A stretch of 64,000 nucleotides of DNA from the NCBI GenBank assembly GCA_036172245.1, contig JAYWIR010000098.1, forward strand, positions 1 through 64,000, in the 5' to 3' direction. The translations under genes and the position numbers were made by a program. Below are positions 37,801 to 49,000 of this stretch, one piece after another. The notes beneath the pieces were generated by a model. It did no database searches and was not told where the DNA came from. It saw only the letters and a list, made by a program, of their open reading frames with translations. The stretch comes from Raillietiella orientalis. Taxonomy: Eukaryota. Numbering within the stretch: position 1 is the stretch's first letter; each line of letters begins with the position of its first letter.

Positions 37801-40058
37801 GGTCCATAGAGGCGAACCTGTTCTTCGCGCGCACGTGGCTCGAGCTGCAACGTCGCGTAGCGCATGACAGCCAGGCAACCGCATCTGCGGCTGCCAGGGC
37901 TAGGCGTCGCTGCATTCGGCCTGAGGAAGCGCCGGGTGGCTTGCGGTCGCGGTCGATCTCCGCAAGGCGTTCGTTTGCGTAAATCAGGATCTCCTGATGG
38001 AGCTCCTTGAACGCCTCGGTCTCCTGGTGACCTCGTGGCGTATTTGCGCGTTTGCTGGCGCCACGCGCTCATTTCTATCTCTTTCAGCGGCTGTTACGTG
38101 TACGGCGTGCCGGTGCGGCGGGTCATCAGGCAGAGCGACAGTTTAAGCCCGTTGCTCTTCAGCATCTTCTTTGAGTTGGTACTGAGGGCGTACATGCTGA
38201 TGCTGGCCAACCTGCTGAGCCTTTGTCCAGGAACGCCGTCCGTGGCGGCCTATGCTGACCACCTGCTTCTCCTCTTACCCATGACCACTCCGGCGTCCAG
38301 ACTCGAGGATTTCTTTGAGCTGATCCGCCGAAGAGCGGGCATGAGCGTAAACAGGAGCAAGAGCGTGGTCGTACCCATAGGTGCGGCGTGGGAGGGGCAG
38401 TCCGAGTGGATCCGCCTGGGGATCCCGACCGCTTCGTCCACCCAATATCTGGGCGTTCCGCTGGGAAACATCAGTCCAGTGGAAGTGTGGTCGGACTGCC
38501 TTCGGAAGGCTTCGAATGCCCTGAGCCCGTTCCAGAATGGCAGGTTCCTCCTGTCGGGGCGGGCCGCGATATGTAACACCTTCGTTGCCCTCCTCTTGCG
38601 GGCTTCTGTTTCTCGTTTGCCCGCCCCCCTACTCGGCGAAGCTCCAGGCCCACAGCCTGTTAAGGAACGCTCTGTGGGGTCCTGCGAGGTCCAGGATCTG
38701 CCTGAAAGACTTGGCGGCTCCTCGTCGGGATGCTGGCTTAGGCATCCTGACGCTGGAGAGAATCGAGCTGCAGGTGCAGCTTCGAATGTTGGCCCTGTGC
38801 GCCAACCTTTCGTCCACTCCGAGGTGCGTTCCTGAGCGCCTGCTCCTGCGGCGCTGCACCAGCAGCGACGGACTTCTGTCGCTGCGTCCACTCACGGAGC
38901 GCCTCACGACAAGTTTCGGTTTTTGTTTCAAAGCGCTCTACTGGCTATTAACAGCTTAGGAATGGATCTCCTGGCTCTTAACTAAGTTTAAATACTGGCG
39001 GGAGGAACCGTTGTATGGCTGGGCAAAGCACCAGGATGTTTCTTTCCTTGAACTCCGTTGCGTTCAACTCTCCCCGTACTGCACGGTGGATAAGGTCTGC
39101 AGCAGCCAGGAGAAGTGGACCGGCCTGGCCCTCACCCCCCTTGCCGACGCACTGTCAGCCCTCAGGGCAACAGATGACAGCTGCCAATGGGGCGTCGGCG
39201 AGGATGATGGGAGGTCGCCTTCACCATTGCAAGAACAACACGACCTATTGGCGGCTGGAGGACTTGCGAGCTGGCAGACGCCGCCACGCCTCGCCACATC
39301 TCGAAGGGTCTCCTTTGGTGTAGTGAACACTTGAGTGTGCCCCCCGAAGAACTTGTGGTCCCTCCCTTCTGTTTGAACACTTCTGTGTTCCCTATTCCGT
39401 ATAAGCAGGACAGGTGCAGGTTGCACTGGGGTTTTCACTCCAACCAGCGGATGAACCCGGTTTTCCGGGATAGTTGTCTCCCCAAACTGTAAGCGGTGCG
39501 GTGAAGAGGAAACGCTCCCTCACTCGCTTTTGGACTGCGGTGCCCTCCAAGGACTTTGGCGGAGGCTGGCCTCAGCTCTCCTGCACCAGTGGGACGCCGC
39601 GAGGCACTTGATGCGCAGCTTCTTCACGCCAGGCGGCCTGTCTTTGGGTGCTGTCGTTGGAATCGTGTGTTCCACTGTGCCATCGACAAGGCCCACCGAG
39701 AGTTGGAGAAGCTGGCCAGCGTTCGTCAGCCCAGCAGATTAGCCATCGCAAGCATGTCGTTGGCTGCCGAGTGGGCCCATCTTCCACAGGACGTAAGGAG
39801 AGAGATCGCCGGCATCCATCGTCGGTTTTGAATGGAAGGAACGGACTCACCAAAGACCCCTGTCCCTTGCCCTCCATATTTCTATTTTTATTTTTTATAG
39901 TAGTGTATTTGTGGTCCCTTCCCTCTTGTTCCGCACTTTCAGCATACCGACCTGCTTGTCGGGGATCCGACCCCCTTCGTATCTTGTTTTTCCCTTTGTC
40001 CGAAAACTCTGTTCCCGGATAGTTAGTAATAAACGCCCCGGCGCACCCGGGTGGCAAA
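34899..40058 (+). mobile_element. Family A element: ORF1 (5' lost, to 36347), disrupted ORF2 (36248 to ~39830), 3' UTR
   Basis: CSNCGKEGHRTGKC, GDFN, SDH, YADH, AATAAA 40028 plus hairpin. Confidence 0.88.
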
Positions 40059-42250
40059 CAGCCGACCCCCCGCGATGGTTTCGATTTTCTGGACATCCGC
40101 CGCAGAGATCACGTGGGTCTCCTGCAGCAGCGCCACGTCGAGCTCACGCAGGGTGTCGGCCGTATCTTGCCTGTTGGCGACATCGCGCAGCCCTTTGAAA
40201 TTCCAACAGGCCGCGCGATTCCGACGGCGACTGGCGAGCCCAGGTGTTAGTCCTGGGAAAACGGCGATGCAGCTTCCAGTCCTGGGAAAACGGCGTTGCG
40301 ACGTCCGCCACCTGCTGAGGCAGGACGCTAGGTGAAGGGGGAGGGGGGACAGGTACTGAAGGCACCTGTCCCTCCTCCTAAATCGGTGCCGGCGCGTCGG
40401 CCGGATCACCCGCAGGTGGAGTCGCGCCTACCTATTCGCCCTCCTCCATGGGTTCGGGCTGCTCAGGTTTCGCGACTGCAGGGAGGACTTCACCCCCCTG
40501 CTCACTTTCCTTCATGGGGGTGGCCGACTCGACGGCTTCCGGGCGTGGGTGTTCCCCCTCCGGGATTCCCAAGCTGCCTCTTCCTTCCGGCTTCTCCTCC
40601 TCGCTGGTGGAGGGGAGGCGCCTCCTGGGTTTCTGGGACTTGCGTCCCGACTTCCTAAGGAGTGCCTCCGAGGAGAAGGATCCGCTTCCGGCCCCCAGGT
40701 TGCACTCACCTGCGGGGACCTTCTTCGTCGGAGCCGACCTGCGTACTCCCTTGCGCGACGGGGTTTCGCGCTCCGCGAGCGTTGCTGCGAGCTCCTCCGC
40801 CGCTTTCTCGAAGGCCGCGTCTTCGCCAGCGGCGACCGTTGCCGCAGGCTGCTCCGCGACCTTATCGAGCGCGGCGTCATCGCTGACGGCGAACGTTGCC
40901 GGGGGATCCTCCGCGACTTTATCGAGCGCGGCGTCCTGGCTGTCGGCGCGCGAGTCTCGCGTCTCACCCTCTAAACGTAGAATGGGCTCGTCCACGCGAG
41001 AATTGATCGCGTCCGTATCAGCTGTTTGATGAACATTGCCGCGGGCGGCCTCGGCAGGAACGGCTAAGCGTTCCAGTGCCACCGAGCATTCGCGGAGTTG
41101 TTTTTTTTTTGAAAGTGGCGCGGCTTTTTTCTTTTTGGCGGCAGTTTTCTTCTCCGACTTTTCTTCTGGCAACACTTTCTTTTTTTTTTCTTTTCTGGTC
41201 TCAACCAGCTGCCAACCCTCCTCCATTTCCGCGTTCACGGGAGCTCTTTCCTCCAACGCCTGTACGGGAGGAAGGGAGGCTGCCAGTCGGGAACGGCCAT
41301 TTTCGCGAGCTGGTCTTTCTACCAGCTTTGCACGTTTTCCCTGCGCCTTTTTGGCGGCAGGAGGAACCGGGGTGGGGCGCTTGGTGGCACACGCGCCGAA
41401 CGTGACCCTTTTCGCCGCATAGGTGGCACACAAGGTTCGGGCACCTTTTTCGAAGATGCGCTACTGCATTGCAGTAGCCACAAAATTGGCGTTTCCCCAC
41501 GTACCAGAGTTCCACCGCTTCTTGGCAGACCTCCAGCTTGTGGGGAAGCGCACCTTCCTCTTTTACGGTGATACGCGCCGCAGCTTGACCTCCGAAAAGG
41601 CTATTGTAGCCTTTGAAAATCGTGGATTTCGGCCACAACGCGTGCACTTCTGCCTGCTTTTGCAACCGTTTGCGAACCGCTGACCTAGTCATGCGACTGG
41701 AGATCCCAGTGAGATGGACCACCACCGAGCGGTCCATCGTCACCGGCAAGATCTTCCGACCATCAATGATCAGCGGGTCGGTGATCAGGCGTCGGGCCAA
41801 GGTGATATCCTTGCATACCACCTCGACCCGCTGCCCGCCGCTGAGGACGCAGAGGCCGTCGAGATCTTTTTCAAAAATATTGGCGTCCTGCAGCGCATTC
41901 GTAAAGGCGCGTGCAGTTCGTCCATCGAAAAGGTTGCCTACCTTGTAGACTAGCGAGGGTTTATTACCCGCTTTCTTGTAGGCTTCCATCTCGGCCATGG
42001 CTTCCACGCTAGGCGCGGCCTCCATGGCGCTCCAGGACCTCGGCGTCGCCGGGGACGATTCCGGGGCGGATGCCCCTGATCCAGTAGGCTGTGGGGACGA
42101 ACAAGCCTCCATCACGCCTACTTCCATCGCGGTGTCCTCTGGCAACGCTGCCATCGGACACCGACGATGTGCACGCACAAACCACTTGGAAAAAACCACT
42201 CGCCTTGCCACGCAGGCGGAGCGCAGGAAAAGCACGTCCTCTCTCCACAG
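40059..42250 (-). mobile_element. Family A element, 5' part: 5' UTR, ORF1 (ATG ~42154, frameshifted), start of APE
   Basis: MAALPED start, two knuckles, LLQETH; GGACGTG at 42233-42239. Confidence 0.88.
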
Positions 42251-45151
42251 AGGGAATTTGGTGAAGGGGCACGCAATAAACAAGCGTATTAGCACGCCCG
42301 TCGTTTCGCGAGGACCACTGAAGTCCGTCGCTTGGCGGAATACAAAGCCGGGGCCGAGCGTCAAGCATGGCAAAGCGGTCTGCCCAGCGTGCTGGATGAT
42401 TTGAACCAGGAACACTCGGAGCCGGCTTCGATACGTCGCCTCGTGCGCAAATTTTACTCCTCTCTTCACGCAAGGGCACCTGCGGAGTGGGACGCGGCCA
42501 TAGATGAGGAGGAGATAGAAAGCTTCGACGAGCCTTTTACGACCGGGGAAATCATCACCGTGTTTAATAGGCTCAAAAGACGTAAGTCGCCAGGGGAGGA
42601 CGGCCTGCCTGCGGAGTTCTTTTAGTGCTTCTTTGCAGAGCTGACTTCTCTGGTGCTCAAATTGACATCGCTGATCCGAGACCAAGGCGAGGTTCCTTCC
42701 TTGTTTCGGTCAGCCAGGGTGAGGCTCCTCTCTAAGGGTGCAGACCTCAGGAAATTAAGCAACTGGCGTCCGATCAGGATAGTGAACATGGACGCCAAGT
42801 TGCTATCCGGACTGTAGGCTGCGCGACTGGGACAGGTAGCTAACAGCTTCGTCAGCCCGGAACAGACGTACGCTGTTCCCGGGCGAAGCATGGAAGCGAA
42901 CCTGTTCTTCGCCAGCACATGGTTCAGTCTACAATACGAAGAAAAAGAGAAGAAAAAAGAACAAAATGACGACAAACTTAATTCGGGAACGCCAGCGCGG
43001 CAAACAAGGGACTGCCGGGAAGGAAAGAAAGCTTTAGCGATCGCAGTCGATCTGCACAAAGCGTTCGATTGCGTGGACCAGGAACTCTTTCTGGAACTCC
43101 TGGATCGCATGGGCTTTCCGGGCACTTTATTGGCTTACCTGCGCGCCTGCTGGCGCAATGCGATCATTAACTCATATCTCAGAGGACAGCATGTGTTCGG
43201 CGTACCGGTGAGGCGCAGCATCCGGCAGGGCGACAGCCTGAGTCCCCTACTGTTCAGCACCTATTTCGAACTGGTGCTGAGAGCATACAGGGTGACATTA
43301 ACTGCTTTGCCAAGCTTGTATCCAGGTACGCCGGCTGTGTCGGCGTACGCTGACGATCTTTTGCTCCTGCTGCCCATGTCGGCCCCGGCTTCCGCATTAG
43401 AAGATTTCTTCGACTTGTTGAGCCGTAAAACAGGACTACAGGTGAACAGGACGAAGTCATTGCTGGTTGCTGTTGGTGCTACGTGAGCAGGACGACCTGA
43501 TTGAATCCGCCTGGGGATTTCTACGCACAGGTACTTAAAGTAGCTCGGGGTTCCGTTGGGGGACTTTTGTCAGTCAGAAGCCTGGTCAGGTCGTCTTCAA
43601 AATGTGGAGTCAGCGATCGGCCCGTTCCTGGAAGGCAAGCTTCACTTGCCGGAACGGGAAGCGGTGTTGAACGCGTTCGCGGCCCCCCTTCTTCGCCTCC
43701 TGCTTTTTGTTTCCCCGTACCCCGTGAATCAAGAAAAAGAACGAAGGACCTCCTACGTATCGCCCTGTGGGGCGGCGGGAGGTTTCGTGTGCCTTTAAAA
43801 AAATTGTGCGCTCCACGTCGGGGCGAAGGTCTCAGCGTAGTGACGATGAAGCGGATGGAAACACAGCTGCGATGGCGTACTCTAGCCATCGCAGCGGAAA
43901 TGTGGAACACTCCGTGGTGCGTACCGGCCCGCCTTCTCGCCAGACGTGTGTCCGGGACTGAAGGACTCGCGTCTTTTTTTCTGTGCCTTAACCGGAAAAA
44001 AAGATGCGGACTTCTTCTGGGACGCATGGCCACCTTGGCAAAGGAGAACGCGTGGATGACCTGCAGCCCCGCCATCTCCAGCGCATATCTGGAAGAAAAA
44101 GTTGGAAGGTGGGCAAACATAAACAATATCAGTGAAGAATCCTGCAACGGCCTCCGTACCGGCATCTACACCCGCTGCACGCTGCGGAACATGATCGTGT
44201 GTCTCGCCAGAAGCACATGTGCGGAGACGACCCCACTGGCCACGGCGCTACCCTTCCTACGGAGGGCGCTCCAAAATATTCGGAAGCCGAGATGGCAAGT
44301 CTCCTGCCGGATAGCAGCAAAGAGAAGGATCTCACTGGGTGGATCATGAGGGAACTGGCTGACGCCGCGACCCCAAGAGTTCACCTGCATGGACTACGGA
44401 GATGGGGCTAGCTGCTTGGTATCCCCACAGATGACCTAGATTGGCCTTCGTCGTTCATTGATTCATCAATCCTCCCTCTAATGTGGCAGGAAACGGCGCT
44501 GTTGTTGTTGCACTGGGGTCTTCCCTGCAACGCGCATTGTCACCACTGGACGTTGGGGAATGTTAAACAGAACTGTGCAGTGTGAGGGAAGAAGCAATGC
44601 CTTCCCCATCTGTTAGTGGACTGCGCTGCCCTCCGGCCATTGTAGGAACGTTTTGCTACGAACCTTTCAATGCTGGCAGGCTGCACCCCCAGATACGTTA
44701 TAAGACTCCTCTTCGTGCGACACGCCCTGACACCAGCCTCAGCCCTGGCTCCACTTTGCTGCCTCCGAGGGATTGTGGCCGCGTGGAGCGCAGCCAACAG
44801 AGGAAGCAGCGACAGGGATCCCATCGTACACGCTGGTCGATACCTGCGAATCGCGATCTGCTGGTTCCATCTGGAGACAATGGATAGGGACCTCAAGGGC
44901 ATCCTCGAAAGGATGGTCTCTTCCTCCAGCGGGCTGTGATCCCTTACCGGAGCTCCAATTAGTTTCTTTTCGTTTATTTCTTTTATTTTTTTTTTCGTTT
45001 TAACCCCCTACCCCCTTTGCTGCCGAGGAGAGTCGAGCCGGCCTGCGAGCCGGCTTCCCGGCAGGTTCAAAGGACTATTGGCCGTAGCGGGGCTTCGTAC
45101 CGCAGAAAAAAAGTGTTTAGGAATAAACGTCCAGGAGTGACCAGGTGAAAA
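42251..45151 (+). mobile_element. Family A ORF2 from linker to 3' end
   Basis: DLHKAFD, YADD (~43345), AATAAA 45122 plus hairpin. Confidence 0.88.
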
Positions 45152-45547
45152 CTTTTCCGTGTCCAGTGATGACAGCGTGAATTGCAGGGCAGTCTTCAGT
45201 GCAACAGCATCAGCGCCGAATCCTGCCATTTTAAAGGAAGGATCCTGATTCCAGTTATTACTGGGGACCACTTCAGGTCATCAATCGTCATGCCGAGCAG
45301 CTCGCCCTATTCTTTTGTCCTTGCGAAAGGAAGCTGTGGGTTGTGGCGTCCGCTAGCTGTCCCATTGTCCAACCGCTCAACAGTTTTTCGCTGCCTGCGA
45401 TTCGGCAAGAGACTTGCAACCTTGGGGTCCGGCTGCTGACGATTGCCCTACGTAGGAAGAGTAGCACCGTCGCCAGGCAAGTCGCCTCTGCCCACGTGCT
45501 TCTGGCTGCACACTACACGATATCGCGTAGAGTGCAGCGGGCGTATC
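45152..45547 (-). pseudogene. Post-RT ORF2 fragment
   Basis: Homologous to the LPLKWQE/LHWGLPCN region of other copies. Confidence 0.7.
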
Positions 45548-46094
45548 GGCCGCCTTTGTTTCGAAGAGAAAGGTCGTGTTGGCCAACTTGTCCTCAAGTG
45601 GTCCGAATCGATCGACCTGGTCGTTGCGAACATCTACGCGCCGAGCGGTGGCCAACATTACCCTTAGCGACTCGCATTCTTGGGTGGCCTGCGTATCCGC
45701 TGGCTTGCCGACACCGGCCCTAACGTGGCGCACCTCCTTGCAGGAGACTTTAACGTCCACCTGCTAACAGAGGAGAGATGCCGCTTGAGTGAGAAGCAAC
45801 TGGTGAGCGAGGAATGCGCGTCCGTGCGCGTGCAAAACTTGCTTGCTGGTGAGCCCGCGATGGAGAGATCGCCGGACCATGCGTTCCTTGATGAACACAT
45901 GCTCTCACGAGTAGGTAGGAGAGGGTGGCTGATGTCCGCGATTTCGGATCATCCGAGACTGGAGTTTCAGCTCCTCCCGCCTAACAAAGGGCCTCCGAGG
46001 AAGGTCTGAAGGCTGCCGGCCGACTAACTTAGCAATTCGGAGGAGGCGGAGCATCCTCGCCAAAATCTCCGGGCTTCGCCATCCGTGAACTCGA
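45548..46094 (+). pseudogene. APE fragment, continuing at 51632-51885
   Basis: NIYAP, GDFN, SDH; ends AIREL and resumes LEVWDDLKRSVREF. Confidence 0.85.
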
Positions 46095-49000
46095 TTTTCA
46101 ACCGGTTGCGCCGGTTCGTTTATTCTTTAGAATAAAACAAACGTTGGTGGCTGACCAGGTGGTCCGGCCACGCACTGGTATACAAAATTAAGCCTACCGG
46201 GTCAGCGGTTTGTATTCCGGCACGGTCCACCGCCACAGGAGAGGGTCCCAGGACAAAACAAAAAATAAAGCAAAAAAAAGAAATATATAAATTTAAGATC
46301 TGGGAGGCACGGGAAGGGATCACAGTCTGCTGTGGGGCCGTTACATCCGTTGCAGGATGCCAGCAAGCTGTTTTTGGATGTTTAAATCCAGATGGATCCA
46401 TCCTGTCGCCGTCCGCATAAATTCGGCTGCGCACTGGACGGCACCCTTATCGCGAGGTTCTCTCGTTGCTTTGCTCCACGCAGCGACGATCCCGCGAAAG
46501 CAGCACAGTGCTGCTAAAGCGGCTGAGGTCCAAAGGGCGTCGCAAACGAAGAGGGATCTGATTGCGTTTCTGGGGTTGCCACAGGGGTTACCGATTGTGG
46601 CGACAAAACGGTTCCAAAGGGGCTGAAGAGGCACACAATCCAACAGAAGGTGAGTGAGGGACTTCCGTTCTCTTCACCTCGCACAATTAGGGCTCAACGC
46701 TCCCCAGGTCCAATGGTGTCATCGTTCGTTGCAGGGGACTCCCCAATGCAGCAACAATACCGCCCACTCCTGCCATTTTAAGGGGAGGGAGGAGATGTTC
46801 ATCAGCACAGGGGGCCACTTTAATTGTTCCCGCGGAACATTTAGCACCTCGATCCAGCGCAAAAGTCTAACAGAAGTGGTAGTTTGGGCCCCGATATCGC
46901 AGAGAATTCCCGTTTTCCATTCCCCGATCTTTTTCTCCGTACCAGAGATTGTGACGTAAACATCCCATTTCGCAGCAGTGTTGCTGTTTAAATGTTCCGC
47001 AAGCGAAAACAGCATTGAAGCGAGGGGAGTTTTTCTTGCCCACGCTCGTTTTGGGGGGTTCTCCAGGACCTCTGGGAGCGTCAGGCGGTCATTACGGGCG
47101 AAAAATTGTCTCTGCCCTTCTTGAATGCGTTGCTGGTTCTCCTTGCCCACGTCTGAACCGTTTCCTGCAGCCATGCAGGTCCGTTAACGGGGCGACAGCA
47201 GAGCCATTCTGCGTTCTTCCTCATCAGGTCAGTCACTCTCCGTAGCTGCAGCCCGCAGTGACCGTCTTGGCGGCGCCGACGGAGCGCAAGGAAGGATGAC
47301 AGTCCCACCTTGCCTGTAGCCTGCTCGACGAGGAGACGTACGGGCTCGCACCAACTACTATTCCAATATTTCGCTACTAGGACGAGTAACCGAAACTGGA
47401 GCTGGAGCTCCAGCCGCTCTAGCGTCAGGAGGCCGACACCGCCGTCCCGACGCGGAGCGCTCAAGTCCGCAAGCCGGACTCCGGCCCTCCCATTACCCCA
47501 TAGGTCAATCCTTAGGTGGTCCTTCGTCCGCTTTTTAGTCTCTGTGGGGGGGGACAACCGAAAAGCAGGGAACGGAGGAGGGGCGCCGCGAATGCGTTCC
47601 ACACCGCGGCCCGTTCCCTGGAAAAACCTGCGGCCTTGGAACAGGCCGATCGCCTTCTCCACCTTTTGAAGGCAGCTCGACCACGCATCCGAAGGGAGAT
47701 AATCGCCCATCGATACACCGAGGTACTTGAAGTCCCGTACCGTGGGGATCCCCAAACGGACCCATTCCGGCTGCCTTGCCCACGCCGAACCGATTGGCAT
47801 GACGGACAACTTCGCCCTGTTCACCTCAAGCCCGGTTCCCCGACTTAGCAGGTCGAAGAACTCTTCTACCGCCTATGCCGGGGTGGACATAGGGAGCAGC
47901 AGCAGTAGGTCGTTTGCATATTCTGACATTGCGGGCGTACCGGAATAGTCGCGCGGCAGGTGCGCTGGAGTTTTTCTGTACGCCCTCAGTACCAAATCGA
48001 AGTCGGTACTGAAGAGCAAGGGACTCAGGCTGTCTCCCTAACTTATGCCGCGTCGCACTGGTACGCCGTGCACGGTGTGTCCACTGTAAAAGATCTGTAT
48101 GAGCGCGTCGCGCCAGCAGGATCGCAGGTAGTTCAGCAAGGAGACCGGGAAGCCCAAGCGTTCCAGGAGCTCCAGGAGGAGCCTCTGGTCGACACAGTCG
48201 AATGCTTTCTGGAAATCGACTGCGACTGCGAGGGCTCCCTCCCCCCCCCAACAATACCGTTTCCTAGCGGCGGACATTCCGGAAGTCCGGTTGCCCATCC
48301 TGACCCTTTCCTGTTGGAGCGCGAAAAAGGTGCTGGCGAGGAAGAGGTTGGCATCCATGCTACGCCCGGGAACAGCATATGTCTGCTCCGGGCTAATGAA
48401 GTTTTTCGCTAACCGCCACAGGCGTTGAGCCCACAATTTAGCCAGCAACTTGGCGTCTGCGTTTATCACGGTAATCGGTCGCCAGCTGCTCATGCTCCGA
48501 AGGTCTCCTCCCTTAGAGAGGAGACGCACCTTTGCCGAACGAAACGGGGCGGGGACGTCGCCCGTTTCGCGGATCAGCAAGGTGAGTTTATTCACCAGAA
48601 AAGTGAGCTCTGCCGAGAAACATTGAAAAAATTCCGCTGGCAGGCCATCCTCCCCAGGAGCCTTTCGCCTCTTGAGCTTTCCGATGGCCGAGATAATCTC
48701 GCCCATCGTAAAAGGCTCGTCGAGGGTCTTTCTACCTTCCTCCCTGAACGCCGGAGCGCCTTCCGGAAGAAGAAGTCGCGAGACATCCCGTTCCGGTGAA
48801 GCGCGCGCGTACAGGGAGAAGTAGAATTTTTTTAATAAGGATTTTACGTGGGCGGAACCGAGTGCTCCGAACCCTGGTCGTCCAGTAAGCTGGCCGACCC
48901 GGATTGTCACGCCTGCCTTTTGGCTCCCGCACGGTGTTCGGCTAGCCTGCGTACGTCTGGTGTTCGCGTGTAACATCGAGATTGTAAATACCATCTTTCG

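Noticed and set aside
41201..42685. 494-aa ORF1 with a novel N-terminal extension (similarly 9156-9770)
   Set aside because: The extension is the antisense of the adjacent target element plus the 5' UTR; the real start is MAALPED.
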